64,000 nt of DNA from NCBI GenBank assembly GCA_049596615.1, contig JBMYLT010000009.1, positions 67,768 through 131,767 of the forward strand. The letters run 5' to 3'. Shown piece by piece: positions 8,702-18,491 of this stretch. A program made the position numbers and the translations under genes. This DNA is from Akkermansiaceae bacterium. GTDB taxonomy: Bacteria; Verrucomicrobiota; Verrucomicrobiia; Verrucomicrobiales; Akkermansiaceae. Under the pieces are notes generated by a model. That model was not told the DNA's origin, searched no databases, and saw only the letters and a list, made by a program, of their open reading frames with translations. Within the stretch, counting starts at the first letter, position 1, and each line of letters begins with the position of its first letter.

Positions 8702-10294
8702 ATGAATCCGATTAATCAAAAAAAAGGAGCCAGATCTCTGGCAACCGTCGCATTGCTCACCTCAGTGACCGGCGCGTATGCGCAAAGTGAAGGTCAGGCA
8801 GCTGACTTCAACACCGCCACCACCATCCCCTCCAGCGGAGTGATCACTGAACAAATCTATCCTGTTCGCGATATCGACACCTACCGCTTCACCCTGACCG
8901 AACCCAAGATTCTCACGGCTTCCACCGCTGGTCCGGTCGACACCTTCGGTTGCCTTTTCACCGGCAACCGCTCGCTGGTCACAATGGCAAGCGGTGGGGG
9001 ACCGAACGGCAACTTCCACCTCGCAGAAGTCCTCGAGCCGGGTTCCTACTACCTTCAGGTCTCCTCTTTCTCGGCCCAAGACACCGGTGAATATGACCTG
9101 ACCCTTGCCCTCGCCGACGTGCCGACCAATTCCAACGACCTGGATGGAAGCTCAGTCAAAGAACTTTCACCCCGTGTCGACATCAACTCATCAGCTGCCG
9201 CGAGTATCATTCCCAACGACGTCGATTTTTTCCGCGTCACGATTTACGAGAGACAGACCCTCACCCTTTTCTCGAGCGGGAACACCGACACTTACGGCTA
9301 CCTCCTTGACGCCGCCGGAAATGAGCTGGCAAGTAATGATGATAGTGGAAGCGGCTTCAACTTCCAGATTCAACGGACTCTTGACCCCGGCACCTACTAT
9401 GCGCGGGTGCGTGGCTACAGCACCAACACCAGCGGACTTTACAATCTCCACGTGAATTCCTCCGAGCAATCCTCCCGCACCATCGAGTTTGTCGGTGACC
9501 GCGATTTCGGCAACGTGCCGGTTGGCAGTGAAAAGTCCTCCCAGATCTGGATCGCCAACACCGGAAACGTCAGCATCGACGTCGCAGCCGTCGAGCTTCC
9601 GGATGGATACACCGGAGTCTGGCCCCGCCGGGTTCTGGAAGCCCGGACCCGCATGCCGATCGAAGTTTCATTTAACCCCACCGCTATCGGTGACTATTCG
9701 GGAATGCTCGACGCCACCGTGCTAGTGACCGAGGGCCCGACCGAAGCCATGCTCACCGGGAAAGCGGTTCAGGCCACTGACCCCAGCCTCGGAGCCGATT
9801 ACCAGGAAGCCACCTATGTTTACGAAGAAGGCACGGTCTCAACCGAGATCAGCAATCAGGGAGAGATCATTCGCTACGATGCCTCCGAGGACATGATTCT
9901 CAATCTTAGCGGACTTCCCGCCGGAGCAGTCAGCCTCCAATCAGCCAGCGGCATTGCACTGAGTAGCACCGGCCCCGGAGCTTCCTTCGCCCTTTCCGAG
10001 GGAACCTACTTCCTTCAAGTCGTTCCCGAACTAGCTGGAACCTATGATCTGACCTTCGCTTCCGAAGCCGCTCCGAGCCTCAAACCCAACCTTGAGATTG
10101 AAGGCGAGTCAGCCACGGTTTCCTTCCTGAGTGAGGCCGGTAAGACCTACAAGTTTGAGTACAGCGAAGATCTCACCACCTGGGAGGTCCTCGACACCAT
10201 GACTGGAACCGGAACTACCCTTGCCTGTGTCGAACAAACCGACCCTGCCAAGCGGGTCGGCTACTACCGCATCAGCGAAACTTCCGGCCAATAA
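8702..10294 (+). CDS. Secreted multi-domain protein with two pre-peptidase C-terminal (PPC)-type repeats, an Ig/ASH-like module and a C-terminal beta tail
   Basis: Signal peptide 'SLATVALLTSVTGAYAQ'. Two PPC-like units: 'DIDTYRFTL...GSYYLQVSS...GEYDLTL' and 'DVDFFRVTI...GTYYARVRGYS...GLYNLHV'. Also 'FGNVPVGSEKSSQIWIANTGNVSIDV', and the tail 'KTYKFEYSEDLTTWEVL...GYYRI'. Confidence 0.8.
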   Translation: MNPINQKKGARSLATVALLTSVTGAYAQSEGQAADFNTATTIPSSGVITEQIYPVRDIDTYRFTLTEPKILTASTAGPVDTFGCLFTGNRSLVTMASGGGPNGNFHLAEVLEPGSYYLQVSSFSAQDTGEYDLTLALADVPTNSNDLDGSSVKELSPRVDINSSAAASIIPNDVDFFRVTIYERQTLTLFSSGNTDTYGYLLDAAGNELASNDDSGSGFNFQIQRTLDPGTYYARVRGYSTNTSGLYNLHVNSSEQSSRTIEFVGDRDFGNVPVGSEKSSQIWIANTGNVSIDVAAVELPDGYTGVWPRRVLEARTRMPIEVSFNPTAIGDYSGMLDATVLVTEGPTEAMLTGKAVQATDPSLGADYQEATYVYEEGTVSTEISNQGEIIRYDASEDMILNLSGLPAGAVSLQSASGIALSSTGPGASFALSEGTYFLQVVPELAGTYDLTFASEAAPSLKPNLEIEGESATVSFLSEAGKTYKFEYSEDLTTWEVLDTMTGTGTTLACVEQTDPAKRVGYYRISETSGQ

Positions 10295-10368
10295 AGCTCA
10301 CCGGGTTAGCGATTTGGAAAGTCCGGGTCGCCAACCCGACATAAAAATCTGACAGGAAATCCAAGAAA

Positions 10369-10404
10369 GCGGGCAGGGTCCAATCCCTTGCCCGTTTTCT
10401 TTTG
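10369..10404 (+). terminator. Rho-independent terminator downstream of the 8702..10294 gene
   Basis: GCGGGCAGGG-tccaat-CCCTTGCCCG (one bulge), followed by TTTTCTTTTG. Confidence 0.6.
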
Positions 10405-10842
10405 CCCCTCATTCCCCTTTTTAAAAGAGGACCATGGCTTCTTTCAACGGTCTGCAATTCTTGATCCGGTATGCACCGTCAACGCTACCCCCATAGAACG
10501 GTCACCTACGACTCACCGGACTCCCTTTGATGTGCCAATCGATTCATCTCATCCCGGATAAAGTCATGAAAGATGATGAATGACGAATCCGCCCCCAGTC
10601 GTTCGTCCATCAAGTCATTGAAGGCCTCCTGATGAATCAACTTCAGTTCATTCAATTCCTCTTCAGGTGGCAGGATTGTGGAATCGCTTGGTTCCGTGAA
10701 ACTTGAGTAGGAAGTCGAGGTTCCTTTTTGAGGTCAGCGAAAGCCCGACCATACCTCCATCAAACCAATGAATCTAACCTTCAGCAAATCCAAATCTGTC
10801 TCCGGCATCCCAACCGTATCATGATGAGATAAACCGCGGGGC

Positions 10843-12231
10843 TCACTGGTCAGAAACGGGATTACCGAAGGCATCGACCTCTGTTTGGGCGGCATTCGAA
10901 AGTGGGGGTTTCATCATCTGGGCGATCGCCCCTTCCAGTTTGGCCTTTGCGAGCTTCGCCTCAGGCGAAAATTGACCGGGATCTAGCAGCTCTTCCTTGT
11001 AGCCTAATCCATCAATCGCAAAGAGCCGGCCATCCGAGAATAGTTTGTATCGGTGATCGAGAGCGAAGATCGACCGGGAGAATGCCATTTTGTCCCAACC
11101 GGGCCGAGGGTCATACCAAAAAAATGCCCAATCTCTTGGGCGATTCCCCAGATGACCATTGATCGCGGAGGCGAAAGAAACGCCATCAGATTGCCAATCC
11201 CGGGGAATCTCCTCGCCGGCGAGATCCGCCAGAGTCGGTAAGAAATCCGACGGATCGATGAGTTGCGAGGAGACCTTCGCCTTAATCTGGCCAGGCCAGT
11301 TCGCAATGAGCGGAACCCGGATTCCGCTTTGAATGGGCTCAGCCTTTCCTCCTCTGACCCCCTTGCCATTGAGGATCGAGGTGACCGATTTGTTGGTGCC
11401 ATTGTCGGAGTAAAAAAGAATTAAGGTTTCTTCCCGCAATCCCAGCGCTTCGACGCCATCAACAATCCGCCCAACAACCGCGTCCATATAAGCCACCATG
11501 TCGGGGAAATACCTGTCATCTTCCTCCAAACGTCTCGAGGGATCTTCGTCCCAAACTTTGGAATTCGGAGTGGGATTGACCGGCCAATGGGGCAAGGCCA
11601 TGGGATAATAAAGGAAGGCCTTTTGGTCACGGTTCTTCTTGAGAAACTCCAGCAGGAATTCAACAGACAAGTCTTCGCCATACGCACCATCAATGCTCTC
11701 ATAAAGTTTGCCGTTTCTCAAAAAAGTGGGATTGGCGTATCGAGACCCTTTGTCTTCGGTGTGAAGTGAATGAAACAACGAGTATTCATGAAATCCTGAA
11801 TCCTTTGGGTGCATTCCGGTCCCCCTTCGATTCTTCGCATTCGGGAAGTCGGGCGGATCATATGACTTCAGCTGCCACTTGCCGGCGATACAGGTTCGAT
11901 ACCCGTAGGATTGCATCAAATGGCCAAAGGTCCGCTCTGTTGGCGGAAGAATCCCAAAACAGGTCCAGTTCCGATGATTGTCCCGACCGGTCATCAGTTC
12001 CAGCCGGGTGGGAGAACAAAGTGGTTGTGAATAGGCGTGGGTAAACCGAAGCCCGGAAGCCGCCAGTTGATCAAGACGCGGAGTCCGATAGCTCTCTCCA
12101 CCATAGCATCCCAGCCCCTCGAGACCGATATCATCCGCCATGATGAGGATGATCTTTTTCGGTAGCACCGGTTGATCTGCGGCAGAAAAAATGACCGAAG
12201 CCAAAAGCAAAAGGAGCGAACGGACCGTCAT
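10843..12231 (-). CDS. Arylsulfatase-family (formylglycine-dependent) sulfatase, exported
   Basis: Signal peptide. 'IILIMADDIGLEGLGCYGG' and the CxPxR maturation motif 'CSPTRLELMTGR'. Confidence 0.9.
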   Translation of the reverse strand: MTVRSLLLLLASVIFSAADQPVLPKKIILIMADDIGLEGLGCYGGESYRTPRLDQLAASGLRFTHAYSQPLCSPTRLELMTGRDNHRNWTCFGILPPTERTFGHLMQSYGYRTCIAGKWQLKSYDPPDFPNAKNRRGTGMHPKDSGFHEYSLFHSLHTEDKGSRYANPTFLRNGKLYESIDGAYGEDLSVEFLLEFLKKNRDQKAFLYYPMALPHWPVNPTPNSKVWDEDPSRRLEEDDRYFPDMVAYMDAVVGRIVDGVEALGLREETLILFYSDNGTNKSVTSILNGKGVRGGKAEPIQSGIRVPLIANWPGQIKAKVSSQLIDPSDFLPTLADLAGEEIPRDWQSDGVSFASAINGHLGNRPRDWAFFWYDPRPGWDKMAFSRSIFALDHRYKLFSDGRLFAIDGLGYKEELLDPGQFSPEAKLAKAKLEGAIAQMMKPPLSNAAQTEVDAFGNPVSDQ

Positions 12232-12257
12232 CGAATCAGGAGTCTTTCATTCATTTC

Positions 12258-12941
12258 TTACTTCGAGGACAATTCTTGCATCGCCTTTTCAAGAACGACG
12301 GCGACCTGGTTTGCCAGCCGTTTGCAACCGGCGCTATTGTAGTGAACATTGTCCGGGCCAGTTGCGTACTTAGCGAGATCGGACTTCATCAAACCATACA
12401 AATCATTCACGGCCACTCCGTGTTTTTTCATCACGGCCAAGGCTGCCTTTCGATACTTCGCCTGACCCTCCACAGAGATGACCACATCCTGTTTCCAGCG
12501 TCTCTTCATCGTAACCTCTGGCTCCGGACAGGCCGGAGTGGTCGTTGCCCAAATGAGCTTGGCTCCCGTTTTCTTCATTCGCGTCACCAGTTGATCCAAA
12601 CGTTTGGCATAGGCCTCGGGAGATCGATCCTCTTTGTGATAACGCCAACCGTAAAGATCCCAAAGCCCCCAGTTGAAATGGATGAGATCCCAGGATCGAT
12701 CTCCAAGGTATTCGTCAATCTTAAGCAGGCCCGTTCCAGTCCACTCAGCGTTTCCCCGGTTCTTGACCACCTCGGCCTTCCCTTCCAATTGCTTCTTCAC
12801 ACCCTGCTGGTAGCCGCCGCTAATGGAGTCACCGATCAGGAGAATCCGCGGCAAGGGCGAATTTTCGGAAACCTCCTCGGCAAAGGAATGACACGCGCAG
12901 AAGAATAAAGTCACAAGTGGGACGATAGGCATCAACTTCAT
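12258..12941 (-). CDS. Exported SGNH/GDSL hydrolase (esterase/deacetylase)
   Basis: Signal peptide. 'ILLIGDSISGGY', 'TGTGLLKIDEYLGDRSWDLIHFNWGLWDL' and 'DNVHYN'. It is a close paralogue of the N-terminal domain of the 450..2048 gene. Confidence 0.85.
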   Translation of the reverse strand: MKLMPIVPLVTLFFCACHSFAEEVSENSPLPRILLIGDSISGGYQQGVKKQLEGKAEVVKNRGNAEWTGTGLLKIDEYLGDRSWDLIHFNWGLWDLYGWRYHKEDRSPEAYAKRLDQLVTRMKKTGAKLIWATTTPACPEPEVTMKRRWKQDVVISVEGQAKYRKAALAVMKKHGVAVNDLYGLMKSDLAKYATGPDNVHYNSAGCKRLANQVAVVLEKAMQELSSK

Positions 12942-13127
12942 CGGTCAAAGCTGGCACGGGTCTTTCGCCAATGCGAGCCAATTGCCCGCTACACTTTCAG
13001 AGTCGACTCACAATCGGCCTTGGTCGTCGAGCCAAGATTCGTCGTCTAGTTTCCATGATTACCCTGATCTGGAGTCCGATAAATACCGGTTGGAGCCGAA
13101 GGAATAAACTCAATTTCCGATTCGACC

Positions 13128-15056
13128 TCAATCGAGTCCGCCCTCCAAACGACGAAGAATCTCGCCTACATCGTAGACGCTCCCACCCCAAGATCCCCCG
13201 GAAGCATTTTGCAGGGCTGCCCAGAGGCGGGTGTCGTCCGGCAGACGAGGATCAGGAACGAGGTCGGGATGAATGGGGCGAGACTCGAATTGAGCGAGGT
13301 CGCCCAGATATTCGGCAGTTCCTTCCAGTTTGCGGGTATCGATACGAATACGAATCGGGTCGCCATCGCGCAACTTACCAATCGCTCCTCCGGCAAGGGC
13401 TTCGGGAGACGCGTGACCAAGGCAGGGACCGGTGGAGACCCCGGAAAATCGGGCATCGGTCAGGACCGCCAGATTCTTCCCCACCGAGGAGTATCGCAGC
13501 GCCGAGGTCACCTGATAAGTTTCCGGCATCCCCGCCCCCATGGGACCAAGACCTGCCAGCACGAGAACCTCACCTTCCTGAACCCGATCGTCACCAGTAG
13601 ATTTAATTGCAGCTATCGCAGCCTCCTCTGACGAGAAAATCCTCGCCGGACCCTCATGAAGAAATATCCCATCGTCATCCAGCAGTCTAGGTGAGATGGC
13701 AGTACTTTTCACAACCGCGCCCTCGGGCACAAGGTTCCCATTTACGAAAGTAACCGTACTCGGAAACGCCTTGCCGGGAGGTCGAATGACATCATCAGGA
13801 TCGATCCCATCCAGTTCAGTCAGTTTCTCCCTGAATCGTTGGCGGCGGTCGGACTGCTCCCACCATTCCAGATTCTCGCCCAGAGTCTTTCCGCTCACGG
13901 TCGGAGCGTTGAGTTCCAGTAAATCATGATCGCGGAGATGCAACATCACTTCTGGTACACCACCTGCAAGATACACCTGCACCGTCGCGAAACCGTGGGG
14001 TCCGTTGGGAAGGGCGTCGACAAGGCGGGGCACCTTCTGGTTGATTGCCTGCCAATCCTCTACCGTGGGACGTGGCAGGCCGGCCGCATGAGCGATCGCC
14101 GGAATGTGTAGAATGAGATTAGTGGAACCTCCAAAGGCCGCATGAAGGACGAGGGCATTGTGGAAGGAAGCTTCCGTCAAAATGGAAGAAAGCGGAATAC
14201 TATTCGCCGTCATATCCATCAAAGCGATCGCCGAGCGCCTTGCCATATCACGCCACGCTTCCGATCCACTTGGAATCAACGCCGAATGCGGGAGACTCAT
14301 CCCAAGGGCTTCTGCCACAACCTGAGTGGTGGCAGCCGTGCCCAGAAACTGGCATCCGCCGCCGGGAGAGCCACAAGACTTACAGGCCGTTTCGGAAGCT
14401 TCCTTGAGATCGATCTCGCTGTGGGCATAGCGGGCACCCACCGACTGGACCTTGGCAAGATCCTCACCTTCCTCGGAAAGCAGAGTCACTCCACCCGGAG
14501 CAAGAATCCCGGGAAGATGTCCACTGCCTGCAAGAGCCATCATCATCGCGGGCAGTCCCTTGTCGCAAGTGGCAACGCCCATCACCCCCTTACCGGTGGG
14601 AAGCGAACGGATCAGTCGACGAAGAACAATGGCCGCATCGTTTCGATAGGGGAGCGAATCAAACATCCCGGTCGTCCCTTGGGAACGGCCATCGCAGGGG
14701 TCACTGCAAAAAGCGGCAAAGGGAATGCCACCACGCTCCTTGAAGACGGCCGCGGCCTCTTCCATCAAGAGCGACACTTCCCAGTGGCCAGTATGAAAGC
14801 CTAGGGCGGTCGGAGTCCCGTCGGGTTTCCGGATGCCTCCCGCAGTCGAAAGCATGAGAAACTCAGGACGCCCCAAAGTGGACGGATCCCAACCCATACC
14901 CGCATCTTGCGTCCAACCAAAAACTTCTCCACTGGGAGAATCGCGTAAAAAGGAACCGGTAAAGGGCAACATCCCAGTTGGACCCGAAGCGGTGGTTCGA
15001 ATGGTGAAAATACTCTCATCACCGGATTCCAGTCTTGGGTCGGGCATCGCTCGCAT
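13128..15056 (-). CDS. IlvD/Edd-family sugar-acid dehydratase of the YjhG/YagF (D-xylonate dehydratase) type
   Basis: Collinear with E. coli YjhG. Matching blocks include '[35 protein letters not shown]', '[14 protein letters not shown]', '[20 protein letters not shown]', '[17 protein letters not shown]', '[16 protein letters not shown]' and '[12 protein letters not shown]'. Confidence 0.85.
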   Translation of the reverse strand: MRAMPDPRLESGDESIFTIRTTASGPTGMLPFTGSFLRDSPSGEVFGWTQDAGMGWDPSTLGRPEFLMLSTAGGIRKPDGTPTALGFHTGHWEVSLLMEEAAAVFKERGGIPFAAFCSDPCDGRSQGTTGMFDSLPYRNDAAIVLRRLIRSLPTGKGVMGVATCDKGLPAMMMALAGSGHLPGILAPGGVTLLSEEGEDLAKVQSVGARYAHSEIDLKEASETACKSCGSPGGGCQFLGTAATTQVVAEALGMSLPHSALIPSGSEAWRDMARRSAIALMDMTANSIPLSSILTEASFHNALVLHAAFGGSTNLILHIPAIAHAAGLPRPTVEDWQAINQKVPRLVDALPNGPHGFATVQVYLAGGVPEVMLHLRDHDLLELNAPTVSGKTLGENLEWWEQSDRRQRFREKLTELDGIDPDDVIRPPGKAFPSTVTFVNGNLVPEGAVVKSTAISPRLLDDDGIFLHEGPARIFSSEEAAIAAIKSTGDDRVQEGEVLVLAGLGPMGAGMPETYQVTSALRYSSVGKNLAVLTDARFSGVSTGPCLGHASPEALAGGAIGKLRDGDPIRIRIDTRKLEGTAEYLGDLAQFESRPIHPDLVPDPRLPDDTRLWAALQNASGGSWGGSVYDVGEILRRLEGGLD

Positions 15057-15065
15057 GATTTGGAT

Positions 15066-15902
15066 TTAGGCGATCGACCCGGCCGGAGCGACCGTATTTG
15101 TAAGGGTTCCAATCCCGTCGATCGTGATCGAGACCCCATCACCTGTCTGCAGGGTGAAGGGATGATCGGGAACAACTCCCGTCCCGGTCATGAGCAAAGC
15201 CCCATCCGGAAAATCATTTTCCTTGAACAGGAATCCCGCGAGTTCGTCGTAGCCACGCTTGAGTTGCGAAACGGCAGTTTTTCCTCGAAATACCTCCTCG
15301 CCTTTTCGAACGATACTCAAGGTGATCTCGTCATCCGGGCTAGGAAGGCTACCTACCAAAAGGCAAGGACCGAGGCTGGCAGAACCCGAGTAGACTTTGG
15401 CTTGGGGAAGGTAGAGAGGATTTTCACCCTCGATTGAACGGGAACTCATATCGTTCCCAATAGTGGCTCCAAACACCTTACCCTTTTTGTTGATGGCCAG
15501 CGTGAGTTCCGGCTCGGGAACATCCCAAGTGGAATCGGAACGAATCCCAACCGTTGCTCCGGGAGCACGTACGCGCCGAGCGGTCGCTTTGAAAAACAAC
15601 TCGGGACGCTCGGCATCGTAGACGAGATCATAGAAGCGATCTCCGCCCGCCTCCTCGCTCTCCTCCATGCGAGCCGTCCGACTTCGGTAGTAGGTCACTC
15701 CGGCCGCCCAAACTTCCTGCGAACCGATGGGTGCCAACAGCTCCTCTGAGAGATCAGCGGGGGAACCAGATTCCCAGGCTGCTCTGAGCAAATCGAGAGG
15801 TTCGTCAGCACGAAAAAGCGCATCGATCGTCAGCTGGGCATCTCGTCTTTCGCCATCGTGCTCAAGGTGGATCCCAGTCGGGGTGTGGTAAACGCGGATC
15901 AT
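15066..15902 (-). CDS. Fumarylacetoacetate-hydrolase-family protein, likely 2-keto-3-deoxy-pentonate dehydratase (KdaD type)
   Basis: '[20 protein letters not shown]', 'ERPELFFKA', '[10 protein letters not shown]', '[23 protein letters not shown]'. It ends 9 nt upstream of the start of the xylonate dehydratase gene. Confidence 0.7.
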   Translation of the reverse strand: MIRVYHTPTGIHLEHDGERRDAQLTIDALFRADEPLDLLRAAWESGSPADLSEELLAPIGSQEVWAAGVTYYRSRTARMEESEEAGGDRFYDLVYDAERPELFFKATARRVRAPGATVGIRSDSTWDVPEPELTLAINKKGKVFGATIGNDMSSRSIEGENPLYLPQAKVYSGSASLGPCLLVGSLPSPDDEITLSIVRKGEEVFRGKTAVSQLKRGYDELAGFLFKENDFPDGALLMTGTGVVPDHPFTLQTGDGVSITIDGIGTLTNTVAPAGSIA

Positions 15903-15963
15903 TACGAAAGTGTCAAACTTCGCGCACCAGGTTTCAAGCTTCGGTTGTCACCGCCACGCAGAC

Positions 15964-18468
15964 TTACCGGGACCGGAAGATCTCGCTCACCAAAGACTCG
16001 ATCACGAGCGTGCGCAATCCCCCACCTTTTTTTTCGAGACGCATCAGGATGTCCATGATCTCGTATTGATCGACCACCTCCATGTGTCGTCCGGCAGCAT
16101 GAGTTAGTATGGTTGAAACGAGATGCTTCTTGAAAACCTCTCCCCGGGTTTGGACCAACACCTTCCGTAGCTCACTGAACCCCGCAAAGGACTCTCCGGA
16201 AGACAGCTCTCCGGAAGCATCAACCTTCAGCTCCTTGGCCTTCTTATTGGCTTTTCGATAGTTCGCCCGCCAACGGCCCAGCTCATCAAATCCTTCCAGG
16301 CCAAAACCAGGTGGATCAATCTTGCGATGACACTCCGCGCAGGTCTTGGACTCAAGATGTTTGGCAAGCCGTTGCCGCAGCGTCGTCGCGCCCCGGACAT
16401 CGGGTTCCACCGGTGGAACCTCGTCAGGGGGTGGCGGGGGCACCACCCCGAGGAGATTTTCGGAAACATAAACTCCGCGTTTTACCGGCGAAGTCTCGAC
16501 GCCGTTGGCACTCACGGTGAGAACCGCGGCCATCCCAAGAAGCCCCCCACGTCGTCTCTTGTCCGGAAGCGACACCTTTTTGAAGCCATCTTTCAAACGC
16601 ATCTCGCTCGCTTCCGGAAAGCGATAGTGTCCGGCCAGATACTTATCGACAAAGGTGTAGTCGGCATCGAGTAACTCCATCACCGGAAGGTTGTTTTTGA
16701 GAGCATGGGCAAAGAAGAGATGCACTTCCTTCCTCATCGAAGCCGGCCAATTCTCGGCGTAGTATCGTCGGGCCCGATCCCTCGGAGGAGGCATCGAGCC
16801 AAGATCACGAAGGTTTAGCCAGCCATCGAGGAAGCTCTCTACAAAACCAGCCGAGCGTTCATCCGACAGCATCCGCTCAATTTGTCCGCGCAAGACCTTG
16901 TCCTCATTCAATCGGCCCTTGGCAGCCAGAGAGAGGAGGATCTCATCGGGCGGTCCGGCCCAAAGAGCATAGGAAAGCCGCGACGCCAAATCGAAGGGCT
17001 TTAACTTCGGATCCTTCTCCGGTGTGATCTCGCTCAGGTAAAAGAAGGAAGGAGAACACAAAACAAGCTTGACGACATCGAGAGAGGCCTGACGAGGCAA
17101 TGCTCCTTCATCCAATCGCTTTTGATGGAAACCATGCAGCCGCGCACGGTCCTTTCCCGTCAGGGGCCGACGATAGGCCCGCTCGGCAAAACGATCCAGT
17201 TGCGCTAGCGCCTTATCCGCCTGGAACCCCTCGGGGCCAAAAACCGCGCGCTCTTCGAGAGTCCCGCCCTTTTCAGGAAGGGGGCCATGCACCTTGATCT
17301 CGGAGATTCGAATGTGCGGAAGTTTCCCCTCGCGCAGGAGGGTCTTGCGGCTCACGCCATCGACCGGATTTTGAAACTCCTTCTTGTAGCGTTTGTTCAA
17401 TTCGATCACCGAGCGCCGCGACTCGAAGGGTCCGTTAGGAAAGATGAACCTTGGGGTCTGCCCGGCCTCCAGCCACACCTGGAATTTGACCCACTCGAAA
17501 TCCTTGTCCGGAACAACCTTTTGAGCCAATCGCGGCTGGATTCGCTGGGGATAATGAATGTGCCCCTTGGTGGCATCCCCCGGAACCACTCCCAATATGA
17601 AAGGTTCGCTGAAATCGATTCCGAAGATCTTGGCATCATAGTGGGTGTCCCGGTGCATCGCTTTCACCAGCACCTCAAGATCGTAGAGACCCGAGACCGG
17701 AACCCCTTCCAGAAAGTCCTCGATGTGTCCGTAACTCCCCTGACGGGTGTCGGTGTCGGGTTGTTCATAAATGCATAGGTATTTGAAATCGAAGACCGAG
17801 CGATGTGATCCTTTGAGCTCTTCATACTGCACGAAGTTTTTAGTAAAGTGCCAGCTCTTCGGTTTCATCACCGGCTTTCCGAGCCGCTTCTCAACTAAGC
17901 GTTGCGCCGATTGGAAATACTGATCAACGAGGAACCCCGAGGTGACGAGGCTTTCTCCAATGGTGTCGAGATGATGGCTTGTCTTTTCTTTCGGGAAATC
18001 GAGGGTCAGCCCGAGCGTATCGACCCGCCTTCCGAAAAGAACCTCGAGGGTGTTCTCATACTCCCGGTTGGAAAGTCGGCGCATCACGGTCTTGCCACCA
18101 TTACTTTCGAAACGGTCACGGGCCGCCGCCACCTCGCCACGCAAAGCCTTCAGTAGCTGTAAGCGTTCTTCGACGGTCGGCTGATCCTTGTTCTTCGGTG
18201 GCATTTCTTTGAGCGTCACCTGATCGATAATCTCCTGGGCCGAAATCAAATCCTGAAGATTCTCAAGAGGCAGGATCAGGCTTTCGAAGTCCCGCTCTCC
18301 TTTGGTCGTTGCAGAGTCGTGACAATCGAGACAGTAGAAATCGAGAAAGTCCTCGATCACGGCTTTGGGTTTCAGGCTCAGCTTCTTCCCTTCATCCTTC
18401 TTCGAATCACCTACCTGACCGGGAAGAAACCCGGAAGTGATCGCAAACACCAAAAGGCCTCTTCTCAT
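15964..18468 (-). CDS. DUF1592/DUF1588/DUF1585-type protein (Planctomycete cytochrome-c-domain family) with two CXXCH motifs
   Basis: Start set at ATG 18468 (MRRGLLVFAITSG). It has an N-terminal 'CLDCH' and a C-terminal 'CAECHRKIDPPGFGLEGFDELGRWR'. Its size and its pairing with an upstream DUF1552 gene are typical of the family. Confidence 0.8.
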   Translation of the reverse strand: MRRGLLVFAITSGFLPGQVGDSKKDEGKKLSLKPKAVIEDFLDFYCLDCHDSATTKGERDFESLILPLENLQDLISAQEIIDQVTLKEMPPKNKDQPTVEERLQLLKALRGEVAAARDRFESNGGKTVMRRLSNREYENTLEVLFGRRVDTLGLTLDFPKEKTSHHLDTIGESLVTSGFLVDQYFQSAQRLVEKRLGKPVMKPKSWHFTKNFVQYEELKGSHRSVFDFKYLCIYEQPDTDTRQGSYGHIEDFLEGVPVSGLYDLEVLVKAMHRDTHYDAKIFGIDFSEPFILGVVPGDATKGHIHYPQRIQPRLAQKVVPDKDFEWVKFQVWLEAGQTPRFIFPNGPFESRRSVIELNKRYKKEFQNPVDGVSRKTLLREGKLPHIRISEIKVHGPLPEKGGTLEERAVFGPEGFQADKALAQLDRFAERAYRRPLTGKDRARLHGFHQKRLDEGALPRQASLDVVKLVLCSPSFFYLSEITPEKDPKLKPFDLASRLSYALWAGPPDEILLSLAAKGRLNEDKVLRGQIERMLSDERSAGFVESFLDGWLNLRDLGSMPPPRDRARRYYAENWPASMRKEVHLFFAHALKNNLPVMELLDADYTFVDKYLAGHYRFPEASEMRLKDGFKKVSLPDKRRRGGLLGMAAVLTVSANGVETSPVKRGVYVSENLLGVVPPPPPDEVPPVEPDVRGATTLRQRLAKHLESKTCAECHRKIDPPGFGLEGFDELGRWRANYRKANKKAKELKVDASGELSSGESFAGFSELRKVLVQTRGEVFKKHLVSTILTHAAGRHMEVVDQYEIMDILMRLEKKGGGLRTLVIESLVSEIFRSR

Positions 18469-18491
18469 CGCGCCGGAAGATCCGGGAAGTC

